Source: Tubiluchus corallicola
Lineage: Eukaryota > Animalia > Priapulida
Length of the DNA stretch: 64,000 bases
Assembly: GCA_030141605.1 (NCBI GenBank)
Contig: JAQGDQ010000789.1
Span: forward strand, 31,481-95,480
Direction of reading: 5' to 3'
In this document: piece after piece, positions 38,812-51,345 of the stretch
Layout: each line of letters starts with the position of its first letter
How positions within the stretch are numbered: position 1 is the stretch's first letter
Made by a program: the position numbers and the translations under genes
Notes under the pieces: model-generated
Databases searched by the model: none
What the model was told of the DNA's origin: nothing
What the model saw: the letters and a program-made list of their open reading frames with translations, nothing else

Positions 38812-41800
38812 AAGATGATGGTGATGATGAAACTAATGACAATGATGATGACGATTGTGGTGATGATGATGGTGATTATGACGATGATGAAGATTGTGAC
38901 GATGATGACGGTATTGACAATGATGATGATACTTTGATAATAACAACAAACACCACAATGATATACCCGGCAATGACAACATCTAAGATAATAATGACGA
39001 GAAAGTAATGACGATGACAGTCATGACTGAGGTGACAATGACGATGACGACGACGATGATGATTGTGTTTATGAAGTCGCTTATCGCGATAATAATCAAT
39101 GATAATATTTATAAGTATAAAAAAACTGGAGTAGTGATTGTTGTATATCCAAAATGGCGCTGCAATTTAATGCAACATAATTTGCAACAAACACTGATGA
39201 CTGATCTCAAAATGGCGATGTTATTTAGGAAAACACTCACATATGTAACGCAAGAGAAGCCCACGATGTAAGCGAAGTAAATTATAATAAAGCTAAACAC
39301 TTGTCGACTGTATTTCCATCGCTTTAACAGCCAATGCAGTTCATCTTGCAAGCCTGTCAGAAGAGATTCCATACCTCCCATCTAGAAAAGAAAGTCGTTC
39401 CCGTTGAACACAAAAAATCTTGCAGCAATAATTGTTGTCGAGTGGTATTTAATGATTGGTCTTTCAAAGCTGGAGCTAAGAGAACAAAAGTGAAGAAAAA
39501 AGAAGGAATGAGACGACAAGAAAAGGAAAGTGGAGAGAAGAGTAGAGTAGAAAGAGAGAAGAGAAAAGAAGGAAGGCAAGGCAAGGGAAGGCAAGGGAAG
39601 AGAAGAAAAGAGAAAAAAGGAAAAAGGAGGGAAGTGGAGGAGAGAGGAGAGGAGAGAAAAACAACATGTAAAAAGAAAGAAAACATTTATTTATCGTCGC
39701 TCGTTTAGCAAACAACATTAGTAATAAGAGCTATTTAGCGACTTACAACAAAACAGGCAAGGACACAACGCACAAACAACAAATAGTGTGTAGATGTGTA
39801 TCCTAGTATTGGCCGCCGCTTGATTCGAGCTGAAAACTGCACTTGCATCCCGCAATATAGACCACTAAAAAGTTATAGATATGACAACTATATAGACAAC
39901 TTGGTTACCCGACACCCAGGACTGAAGAGTGGTGAAGAAGACTCAAAACAATCGTTGTCTTCATGCCTTCATATTTATACAATGTCATCTTTGTAACGGC
40001 ATTTTCTTGTGGCATAATGGCGGAATTTATATAAAGTGAAAAAGTGCTTTTGTCGTGGAGCGCAAAATACCTGGCACAAGATTGAGCTGCATAGTTACTA
40101 TTAAATTATTTCATGATTATGCAGACCCATGCAGGTTGAAGGAATCACATTCATTACCTCAGTGAGACTTGCTTGCAAACTTCTATGAACTTACCGCACT
40201 ATCTAAACCAAGAGTAAGCAACATTATGAAGAATATAAGTGCCCAAAACGTAGATCCAGGCAAGGTAGCAATTGCTTCGGGATACACCACGAAAACCAGT
40301 CCTGGACCTGTGAAAAGAAAAACGATAGAACCATAGAACATGAAATAAAACTAGAGTTTCATACGTTTCTTTATCAAAAGTAACTTTCCCCGTAGAACAA
40401 TCATATCTCCCTTGTTCTATCGTTCAGTCAAGCATTTGTTCTTGTTTCTAAATGGCCTACTAATGGGAGTACGCGATTGTGGGCCCAACGCGGCTTAGCT
40501 CTGTGTTTTCTGTTTGTTGTTCTTTAGTACAATTGGTCGCTTTTCCGATGAACAACAAGATAATTATAACTCGTTTAGATTAAAGGCTTTTTAACTCATT
40601 GGCTCACAACTTAGCGGGTACCCAATCAAAACTTCGGGTGATCTTTCAATAACTGATTTTTCAAACATAACCCCGCTTTTGTCTAACCCACACACGAACA
40701 AATCCCAATTATATTAAGAGTTATTAACTACTTAATGAGCATTAGCATAACAAAATGCTTAGAAACATAAACGCTGGTCTAAGAAATCAACTGACAACAA
40801 AAGCATCATTAGGTCTAAATGCACTGGAAATGGAAATCATGAGGCCTTTATTTCACATAACACATTTACAATAATTTTTAGTACAAAAATACAGTGAAAA
40901 GGCCTACAATGAGCATAATACAAATTATTTAATACTGTTTCTGTACAAGAAAAGGCTCACACTATGTTTGCTTAAGGATCAATGGAAATGTACTGAACCA
41001 TGAACTGGACAAGACTGGAGACAGTGAATGCATAAATGGAGCTCGGATACCGACAAATGATGGTCTGTTCGATTAAGTAGAAGTCTTTTGTACTTTGTTT
41101 GGCATTACAACACCACTTAAGTTTTACCACCAAGAGCATATGTGGTGGTAACCGCTTTTTACCGTATTTTACTGCTACAAAATAATTCATAGGGATGTTG
41201 ATTTAGAGCCCGAAAAAAAATTACAAGAGCACTCACTGACAGGACAAAAAGTAACCACAGTCTCAAGCTGTATGTTCGTAGAACGAACAAAAAAAGTTTT
41301 GGGTTTTTCTTCTACGTGTTTTTCAAGTGTGGAACTCCTTACCCAGTTCAGTAAATGCACCTTTGGTCACTGCAAGCAACTCTAAACTTTTCAAAAATAG
41401 ATTGAAGTTTTTGAATTTTGATAAATGGTTTGTGTGATAATCGTATGTAAGCAGCTTGTCTCTTTACGTCTCCGCCCACATTCATGTTTTCAGTGTTTTA
41501 TAGTCCATTTTTAATCTATTTTTAAAACGAATGTGAAATAAAATAAAAATAAAATAAAGTGTCTAAAAATGTGTACAGATGTCTATGCCTACAGAACATA
41601 TATCATACTATGTTATAAGGAGTAAACGCCTATGGGTTGAGAGTATGTCAACACCGCTAACCACTTACCATCGCTGGCCACCTTGTCAATAGTGACATTC
41701 TGCGAACTTGCCATATAACCTAAGTAAGAGAAAATGACGAAACCAGAGAAGAAACTCGTCAAACTGTTTACACTTGCCGTGATGAGCATATCTCTGCAAT

Positions 41801-43976
41801 AGAATAAACGCTCGAAGTATGTAATAATTCCTCTTTTTATATTTAGAATATATAAGACGTATAAGATGATTTTGTAGCGAAATTGTAGTTTGTTTAAAAA
41901 TTATATTACATGCCTTGTGTCTTCGTTTATTAGCTGTAACTTTAACGTAGCCATCAGATATAATACATAAAATAATAATGTAGGCTAGACTGACTACAGT
42001 GAAAAAACAGGAACCAACAAAACAAAAATTACTTGCAAATATGTTGGCTTTATCATGCCAGTTTTTACCCGCCACTTGATTACTCGTTGTTATCGACGCA
42101 TTAACAGACTTTGGTGTAAAATAAAACATTGAAAATGTTTTAAACAAGTTGGAGGAGTGATCAAGATGTGTATTTGTAGCACCATCTGTGTGTTTTTCAG
42201 TTTTTAAATGGTTTCATCTCCGATACTGCTTCTGGTATTTACATTTCACTGATCGATGTTATGCCTTTAAAGTTTAAAGCGATATCAGAAGTCTCTGTCG
42301 GTTTAGTATCGCATCTTAGAGAATTAACATCGATAACGAGATGAGTTGCGGTCCACTTAAGGTGTGTCCTGTCGTTAGATGTTCAATTTAGACTCTGAAG
42401 ATTAAAATTTTGTTTCATGTTTGGACAATTGCATGCATGAGTTTACGTTTTTAGATATTGCACATAAAAAAACGTTAGACATCTATAACACCAGATCCAA
42501 GGTGCACTGAGCACCAGCACACACAATCTTAGTACCAGAACCAGCACCCCCGGTCTCAGCACCAGCATTCTCAACCTCAGTGCAGAAAACTTCATCACCT
42601 GTACTCACAGTGCTCCCAATGAATTGTAATTCATACTACTCCGATGAAAGGAATTTTTTATACTCTTTATCGCGACTGTGGTGAATACAAGAGCTGAAGT
42701 TCTGTGACCGAGGTTGTGGGTGCTGGTGCTGAGAGCACCTGGGTCGGGTATTGTAATGTGGTCAAACGTCATGTGATGCTGACCATCGTCGCACCATCAT
42801 CAGTGGCAGTACGGTTGTTGTTATCAACAATGTTATTGTTCTTCAATGGGTGTTTTGTATGTTATGAAATAACGTAATGAGCTCACCTGTATACATTGTT
42901 GTGGAATTTATTGTAGGAAGCATAGGCAATGTGTACACCAAACCCTGGCCCAACTGAATAGAAAATTTGTATTGCTGCATCTATCCACACCTGTATCGGA
43001 CAATAATTACTATTCCTTTAACAATAATCAAACACTAATATAGTTCCCATAACTTGAGTCATTACGTAATTAGCCAAAAATCTCAGGAACGAATGGCTAG
43101 CAACTGTTAGTGTGTTCACACTGATTGCGTTCACTGCAGATACATATCACCATTGCATCCGGTTTATGTTCACTCGGGTCAAACTGATTAAACTGAGAAC
43201 AGTGCTTACAACACCCGACTCCCATTTACAGTACTTATACACTGTGTACAAAAACCCAGTCCTTTTTACACTGCATATAAAAACCCTGGCTTGTTTACAC
43301 TTCATATAAAAACCGAGTCCTGTTCACACTGTTTGTAAGAAGCGAGTTATGTTTAAACTATTTACAAGAAGCGAGTCCTGTTCACACTATCTGCAAATAT
43401 GAATTACCTTGAGCACTTTCAAACAATAATTGATTATACCAGATATTAACAAAAAATAACTTACCTTTACTTCAATTTCTTTAAACGAAAGCATGTCAAA
43501 AATACAAGTTAAATGTTTCAAAGATGTAGTTTTGAAAACTAATACTTATTTTATTCTAAAATCTGTTTCACACAGTCTTCTGAAATTAGTAGTCAATGTA
43601 CTGATAATTTGATACAAAAACGACTAAACACTTACTTCAATGTGTAACAGTCGTTCAGCATTTGGTATGAGGTAGTATTTGATACCCTCTTTTGCTCCTT
43701 CCAACATGACTCCTCTAATAAGCAGTATAAGTAACACAATGTAGGGCATTAGTACGGTAACGTAAACAACCTGCAACAATATAAACAAGTAAGATGCGGT
43801 GTAAATGCAAAAAGGGAAAGTAAAAACGAGAAGGGTAAAAAAGACGAGTAACACGAGAAAAGGAGAAAAATCAAGGCAAAAAGGAAAGCAGAAAGCAAAA
43901 AAAAGAAATAAAGAAAGAAAGGAGAAAAAAGAAAGAAACAAACAAACAAAGAATGAATTAATGAATGGATGAATGA

Positions 43977-44048
<72 letters not shown>

Positions 44049-47000
44049 AAGAAAGAAAGAAAGACAGACAGAAACAAACAAACAAAAGAAAAAATAGGTG
44101 GACAAGAGATGGGTTGCAGAAGAAAAGAAAGAAGAAGAAAATAAAGTAATAAAAATAAAAATAAACAGACTAGAGGAAAGAACAGTATAGATAAATGAAG
44201 ACAAACAAAATTATTTCACCTTCCCAGATGTCTTAACTCCTTTCCATAATGCCAGAAATAAAAAGGTAAAAGTAAGTAATGCACACAATGTCATGTCCCA
44301 TTTCATTCCTCCCAAATCTTCTATTCCAGAGCTTTTATATATGCCCAACACCTTGCGGCTGTTTCAGAGAAAAAATGGTAAAATAGTTATAATAATCATT
44401 CATTACTTTAATTTTTAAACTAATATATTTGCAGACACAAAACTCACGAATAATCGTGTAGCAATGCATAACTCATGTACCACCACTTATTATAATCTTA
44501 ATGTCAGGACTATAATCAATGATGGTATAAACTCTTATTTAATTATATTTTGAAATCATTCTTTGAAAACAGTTAGGGCATGTAAAAAAACACAGCCTAG
44601 ATTTGAACCAGGGAACTTCTCATATGTTTCTATTCCCCTGTATTTTGCCACTGGGGTTTACGATGTCCTAGTGGTCTAAAGAGTCTGCTTGTAAGTAAAA
44701 AGTCCCTGGTTCAAGTCCAGGCTGCTCTTCACATTTCCTGCCTTTCAATTTCGGTATCAAAAATTAATTAATTGTGGGTTTTTGCCGCCATATACTAACA
44801 TGGCCAGCTAATCAATAATCAAACCAACTCACTCGAAAAATTCTTCAGTCGGCCGAGTTCCTGTTTCTGAAGAATTGTCCAAGGTTCCATTCCAGCAGTC
44901 GTCAGTATTCCACCAATTTCCGCAAGTGACCCAAGGCAAATTAGCAGTGAAAGATGAGAAGAAATAGTAGAACGCCCAGCTGATGATGATGTTGTAGTAA
45001 AAAGCTACATAGTATGATATCAAACATGAGGCAAACCCCACACCTATAGATAAAGTATAAAATATTCAAATCATCCGCATTGGATGTACTTTATGCATTT
45101 ATATGATAAATAAATGATCTGTATCTGTATTTGTATTTGTATTTAAACGCAAGGTATTGTAATATTGCTTTGATTCATAGTAATTCCTATGAAAGAATAA
45201 AATGATTTATTTTATGTTAGCTTGTCAATGAAATATGTGACTAGCCTCACATTCGTTTAAAAGCCATCAATGCTTTAGGATTTTTACAACAGTTCTCTGT
45301 ACTTTGTCAGCCAACACTAATCTATATTCCTACATTGTCTAGGCTATCTCTCTAATCATCTGAATGTGGAACAACTAAAGAATTTGTTACTAAGCTCACG
45401 ACACCAAAACTGCTCATGAACTATCAAGGATCTCTTTAAATGCATTGCATTCATCCTCGTGAGTGCAGGCTAATTCATCTAACGCAGCTATACCAAATTA
45501 GCAAAGCAGTCACTCGCCCAGTTACTAAGAAGACAACTGTTACTCAGCTTTTGAGACTGAGCTCAGAAACAACTGTTCTGCGCTCTTGCGAAGCAAACTT
45601 GCCTTTAAAAAGTGGGCATAACGTGTTCCAGACTCCGATACAACCTCTCCTGTGGTACTGTCCAATAATCAGCTCTAGGTATAACAGAGGCATGCCGCCC
45701 AGAAGCAACATCAACAGATATGGTATCAAGAATGCACCTGAAAACAACCCATTGCCATCAGATACTCAGTACGCAATTATGTGCGAGACACTTGTTGCAT
45801 TTACGACACAATTTTTCAAATGTAAATTATGTAACTCATTTTGGGTAAATAATTATTGTAATAACTGCATTTGTGGAGTAAATAATCTGAATTGAATTGA
45901 ATTGACATGTCGTGGAAGACGTGGAATTCTTTCGTTAGAAGCGTTCGTGGCGGGAACAAGTTTCTAACGTATCCACACGTCTCATTTGCTTTGAAAGCCG
46001 TCTCTCGCTCCAAATATTTCTGACTAATTTTCTCGGGTCACGTTTTCTCTAGGTTCACACGTTTTCATGTTTTCACACGGACAACACAACACCACACGAT
46101 GATTGCATGCTGTTTCAAAAGTTTTGATGATAAATAACTTTTATAGTTGAAGTGGTGAATCATTCGCATCCATAATTTTAGGTTCGAATTGAAATGAACT
46201 TTCGATGCTTACCCCTAGTTGTCGAAAGCCATCAAACTGTGCTTCTTAACAGATTTAGGAAAACATGAAAAATGAAGAAAAATAAGCAGCACGTAAAACA
46301 GAAAGTAGGAATTAAAGAAATGTGAAAATCTGTGAAGATTATGAAGTTAACAGCATATAAATGAAAGACCTTGTACATACATTATGCATCATTATTTAAA
46401 AAAAACGTGTGGGGCGCCTAAATAGGTGTAAAATGAATTATATAAAGACATGCGAAAGTGGCTAAGTGCGTGCGAAACGACTCTTATGTGTGGAACTTCT
46501 AAATAGATGTGAAGCAGAAGATACGTGTTATCGTCATACCCAAGAAAGTGAAAACTGGTTTCGGCGTAGCATCGAAAGGGGCGAAAGCAACGATATATGA
46601 AAATTTTGGAACTGTGTGGAAAGTGTGGTAAGATGCATGAGTTCCATTCATCTTGCGTGATCCGTGTGAAAAATGTTAAATGAAGATGTGTGAACCTAGA
46701 GAAACTGTTAGATTCGTATATGAAAGTCAAAAATTTGAATTCGCTTCTTTCTGGCAGCTAACGCTCTCCCCTAATGACCACTTATAAAGGGGCAGTATAC
46801 CTCAGGTACTGTTTTTTTTCCAAAATTTTCCAAAAATTAATGTAGAATGTTACCTCCTCCATTTCTGTAACATAAATATGGAAATCTCCAGATATTAGCC
46901 AAGTCCACAGCAAATCCAATGACGGAAAGTAACGAATCAAAGTGGGTGTCCCACTCAGCTCTTGCTGCCGACTTCTCTTTTTCCATTTCTAGTCTCATCA

Positions 47001-47672
47001 TCTCTTTTTCTGAGATGGAATAAAGGGCTTTACCCTCTGGTAAAATCGACACTTGGGCGTCATGGTAAGCAGCGCTAGCATACGTTGGAGGTGGATGTAC
47101 GGGAAACTAAAAGTTGAAAATGAAATGAAATCGTCGCGTTTTAACAAATTAAGATGAGAGAAGTTTAATTACATTGATTTATAAAAAGTATTAAACCAGA
47201 ATAAAGCGATTTGTTTATTAAATTCAAACGTGGGGTAATATAACATTTGGAGATAAAAATTTCTTCTTATTGTAGACGTAAACTCCCTGTTATTCGTCAA
47301 ACAGATAAAAATCTGGCAATGTTCAAAACATTTAGCATGCTTACACTGAAAATAATCATTGAAACGGTTGCCTAAACTGGCAAGTTTGTTTAAAACTTTG
47401 TTTTTTGCACGATTTCACAAAATTTACAGAGGAAATGAAGATAAAAAGCAGAGCAAATGCGAAGAAACTTATTTGACTAAAATTTTAACGACTCAGGCTT
47501 TGTTTACGTTATACACTGCATAGAAACCACTGGCCAAAAAATTCAAGTTATTAGCCGTTTCCAAAACAAATCCGCTTTTATTCTCGAAAAGAAATGATAG
47601 AAGTTTGACCTGATTGTCATTTTGCAGTTTTTCGCCTCCCTTCTCCTGGAGTTCAAGAGACGGATTCTCCAT
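34882..47672 (-). CDS. SLC6 monoamine transporter paralog B (NET/DAT/octopamine-transporter type), 15 coding exons, ~628 aa from the ATG at 47672
   Basis: Exons (minus strand): 47672-47610, 47106-46854, 45737-45603 (GC donor), 45043-44833, 44358-44220, 43770-43636, 42990-42887, 41793-41669, 40307-40195, 39381-39241, 38215-38116, 37772-37672, 36916-36779, 35595-35491, 34905-34882 (sum 1887 nt, in frame). Motifs: [82 protein letters not shown]-terminus ARHYISI*. Confidence 0.95.
38255..39110. repeat. Long imperfect (GAT)n trinucleotide tract in intron 10 of paralog B
   Basis: Direct reading. The poly-H/I/D/M ORFs are artefacts. Confidence 0.95.
39480..39682. repeat. Purine-rich low-complexity tract
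   Basis: GA-rich runs such as GGAAGGCAAGG and GAGAGGAG. Confidence 0.8.
42484..42757. mobile_element. MITE with ~55-bp imperfect terminal inverted repeats and internal AGCACC motifs
   Basis: Left CCAGATCCAAGGTGCACTGAGCACCAGCACACACAATCTTAGTACCAGAAC versus the reverse complement of the right end, CCCGACCCAGGTGCTCTCAGCACCAGCACCCACAACCTCGGTCACAGAAC. Confidence 0.7.
43200..43395. repeat. Degenerate ~29-31-bp tandem repeat
   Basis: Recurrent TTTACACT...AAAAACC.AGTCC / GTTCACACT...AAGAAGCGAGT units. Confidence 0.6.
43860..44150. repeat. (GAAA)n/(GACA)n compound microsatellite
   Basis: Direct reading. Confidence 0.92.
44485..44785. mobile_element. tRNA-derived repeat family, head-to-head (palindromic) copy
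   Basis: Right arm (+): box A GATGTCCTAGTGGTCTAA, box B TCCCTGGTTCAAGTCCAGGCTG. Left arm (-): TCCCTGGTTCAAATCTAGGCTG. Family tails at both outer ends. Confidence 0.65.
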
Positions 47673-47760
47673 TTTGAATTGATTTTCTTCTTGCTCCTCG
47701 GTTTGTCTGAAATAAGTTAACAACACAGTAAATTAATTATTCTAAACTTAATGTCAACAG

Positions 47761-48290
47761 TATTATTAATGATGCTACAAACTCACAGTTAAATTTTAAT
47801 ATCAAAATGAGATATGCTCTTCTAAGATTCGCCATGGTCATAAACGATAAAAGAAGTCAAATTTCCTTTAGGTCTCAAAAAATCTTCATCTTTTCCTTCA
47901 GAAGCTTTTGTCGCTCGCGGACTTCATCGACTGAAATCAACTTGATATAGCCTAGGTATTGAGAGATCTTGACAGCGTCTATGCTGTATCAACTTGTCTT
48001 CAGCTGATGAAATCCATGAAGGACGAAAGCTTCTGAAAGAAAAATGAAATTTTTTTGAGACCTAAAGAGCATTTTGACTTTGTTTACCATTTAATACCAA
48101 ATTTGAAGGACAGAAAATGTCAAAAAATGTCGCTCGCCAGGATTTAAACAAGGGACGATCTGCTTACATAGTGGACGCCTTACACAATCAGGCAAACCGC
48201 ATTCACATATGGCATCAAAAATTGTCACTTTTCACACTTCCTGTCACCAAAATTTAATTAATTACGGCTTCGTAACATCATTGATAATAC
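47761..48290. mobile_element. tRNA-derived repeat family copy with inverted tails, interrupted by a fold-back MITE (47812-48092)
   Basis: Left end TATTATTAATGATGCTACAAACTCACAGTTAAATTTT; right end AAAATTTAATTAATTACGGCTTCGTAACATCATTGATAATA; box B-like GTTTAAATCCTGG on the minus strand near 48140. The insert is homologous to 19235-19592. Confidence 0.6.
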
Positions 48291-48585
48291 AGCAAGTATG
48301 CAAGTGATTTCGGCATCGATGTCACGCTTATCGGCTTACAAATGTTAAACTCAAAATTAATAACCAACAATCAACATTTTTATCATTTTATGCACGCCAG
48401 TAAAATAAGACGAAAATAAACAGGTTCAAACTGCATAAAAGCTATTACGTATAATAGTACTATAATCAACCACAGCTACTGTCCAACAATTATAATTTTT
48501 TCGGTAAGGTGGAAATTTGGTGTGTGAATTGTAATACCTACGTAATTGCTTTCCACCCTCCGGCAATAAACTAAAGATAAGTGCA

Positions 48586-48718
48586 GTAAGTAAGCGAGTG
48601 AGTGAGTGAGTGAGTGAGTGAGTGAGTGAGTGAATGAGTGAGTGAGTGAGTGAGTGAGTGAGTGAGTGAGTGAGTGAGTGAGTGAGTGAGTGAGTGAGTG
48701 AGTAAGTAAGTAAGTAAA
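48586..48718. repeat. (GAGT)n/(AAGT)n microsatellite
   Basis: Direct reading. Confidence 0.95.
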
Positions 48719-48964
48719 TAGTTTATTTAAAGTCGATTTTGAGGTACATAAAACATTTGTTCACATAGGAACTATTATCGCTCACCAAAATTACAACAAT
48801 TATTATAAAAACTAGTGAAAACAAGCATGAGCTTGCAGAGATAAGCACAATGACATGTACCTAAGCCTATTTACAATTTGAAAACGTATAATTAAAAAAC
48901 ACTACGTCTCGTTTAGTGTGTAAAAGTACAAAGCTGAGTGTAAAAATGATCACTTATTTGACGT

Positions 48965-49195
48965 ATGATGATAAAACCAGGTGAAAATTACAGAATTGTA
49001 ATGGTGATTACAGAATAGTGATAAAACCAGGTAAAAATTACTGAATCTCTTATTGGAACAAGTAAAACTACAGAAATACTACAATTATTACAAAATTACA
49101 GGTGAACTACATAATTACTACAAATGAAACTCTAAGAAAGCTACAGAATTACAGAAGTAAAATTATAGAATTACTTACGGGAACAAGTAAAACAG
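48965..49195. repeat. Degenerate short tandem repeats (GATAAAACCAGGT.AAAATTAC / TACAGAAT)
   Basis: GATAAAACCAGGT occurs twice about 50 bp apart, GGAACAAGTAAAAC twice, and there are many TTACAGAA motifs. Confidence 0.55.
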
Positions 49196-51148
49196 CTTTT
49201 AGTAGATAGACTCAACAGGTAATTTTTTCTGCTATGAGCTGAGTTCAAACACACTATACATTATATTAGGTAATTCCGTTTTTATAAAAACGTCAGCACA
49301 TCAAACATACAGCGTACGTTAAGTGACCGTAGATCAAAAAAATCGAAGAACCACAGTTAAAAATACACGACCTAGTCACTTAATTATTGTTTTGAAGGAT
49401 GCGCCATATTACATGCAAATCTACAAAGTTCAAATTCTTTAATAGACACTTGGGATTTGCCAAACCGCAATACGACAAAACTGAACGAAGATAGCACAAA
49501 TTCCCGACACGCTTGGCATGGCGACAATATACAACTATGATGTTTGGAAAAACTTTTCAATGGCTGCTAACAGTTCATAAATTATTCGCAATTGTGAAAC
49601 GAACTTTTCTGCAACTACAATGCGCAGTAACTGTACTATAAATCAAGGGAACGTTGTGACGGCCTTTCTGGGATTATTGGTCTGTGATAAGGGTGATTGC
49701 TGAGGTGGGTATAATAATATACCTGTACTAAACCAGTTGTGGGCATCTAGGTAATGCGGGAAACTAGAACTTGGATGACAAAACATGTGGATTTAAAAAG
49801 CGTGCTACACCATAGCACTTTCTTGTCTTCTCCTCCTATATAATATATGGCATCGCTTAACTTACAATTTTATTTTGCAAAGTCTCGTCACAGAATGAAA
49901 GTGAGTTTTTTTTACAACAAACAGAAACGAAAACAAAGTAGTAAAAAAGGAAATTGACAAAAATGACAAGTAATGAAAACTGTGAAACTATGTGGATTTG
50001 TAAATCAACAATCAACGACAAACGATATTTTGCTAACATTCTTTCCGAAATTTGCACTGTTCAAATTGGAAAGACGTAGTTTATTACCCCCTGATATGAT
50101 TACATCACCCTAACCGCCACCAGTTTCAAATGACCTCATTTTAACGCACGATTAGGTTCTGCATATAACAAAACTTGCGCAACAACTGCTTGTGGTTTGC
50201 TAATAAAGCACACAAATGAAAAAAGCTACAGATTCCCAGCCCTTCTTAGCAATTTTAGAACAAGGAATTACGAGGTATTGTTTTATGTGTTTAGTTTTGC
50301 TAAACTGATCAGACTGACAGATTCCCAAATGATTTACTGCCAAATATTTTATCGATTTTGGTGGCCCTGTTCGTGGGCATAAAAGTAGGCATACAAGCGA
50401 TCTATTACCTTGTTCCTAAATAGAAAACTAATGTATTGAACATCTTGATCAGGTGCATTGGTACAAACGAATAGGATAAAAATATTCTGTGAAATAATAA
50501 ATAATTTTTTAAATAACAAATAATGCTGCAAATCCCTGTAAGATGTACTCCATTTTTGAAGCTAAAAGACAAAATACCATTTATCTTACTTTAGTGGCTA
50601 AATGTTTGTATGTGATATGTTTTCAGTTACCAATTAGTTCAATTTTTTTGTTAACTAAAAAAGGCAAACGTCGCATAAACGTCAGAAATTATAACATATG
50701 TTGCACGAACGTGTAACAAAGCTACTTTTGCGCAATGTTATTCATTGCAACGCTTGAGAAAGCGCACTTTTTTATTGTTTTGTAGGTTGCAACTGCTTAA
50801 TAAATTATGTAAAAGATTCACCTTCCTTCTGAGTTTAAAGACTTGAATGTGGTTTAATAAATGATAGTGTATAGCAAACTACTTGTAAGATATTCTTTCT
50901 AAGTTTAGTCATTTTAGGATGTTTTTCAATGAACGCAAAAATATCATATTTTAATAACATGAATATAGTTAAACTGAACGGATCGAAAAAGATTTCTACA
51001 GTGTTTCATAGCGGCCAATGAACCTCAATTTTATCTAATAGTATAATTAAGAGATTTAATGTTAACTACGGTTATTTACAGCAAGCAAACCACGTAAATG
51101 TATTTGCATTTAATAAATCATTTACGAGTGGGAAGACAGAGACCTCAC

Positions 51149-51345
51149 TGATGCTGCCTAAACATTTTATTACAAACAGTAACCAGATCTAATAAATCAT
51201 TGGCTGCAGGCTTACTAAGTTCTGCGCATGCGTCGTTCACATTAGCATCAATGACGGCATTGTCTGCCGAAAATGAAGTCAAAATCAGCTGAATGCGATC
51301 AAGTGTTGCCCGTTTGTGATAACGACGAGCGTGGAATCGTAGCAC
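51149..51345 (-). other. Putative upstream exon of paralog B (5' UTR or N-terminal extension)
   Basis: Acceptor GTAACAG|GTG at 51345, donor CA|GTGAGG at 51149. It splices in frame to the acceptor at 47706; the ATG at 51165 would give [21 protein letters not shown]. Confidence 0.4.

Noticed and set aside
38200-39271. Poly-His, poly-Ile, poly-Asp and poly-Met ORFs
   Set aside because: They are translations of an intronic (GAT)n microsatellite that is stop-poor in several frames.
43624-44204. Long hydrophobic ORFs (also 39334-39718)
   Set aside because: Microsatellite and low-complexity intron sequence read in frame with, or next to, true exons.
44655-44730. Possible tRNA genes here and at 58963 and 30415
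   Set aside because: Box A/B are present, but there is no consistent acceptor or anticodon stem, and a shared non-tRNA tail indicates a repeat family.
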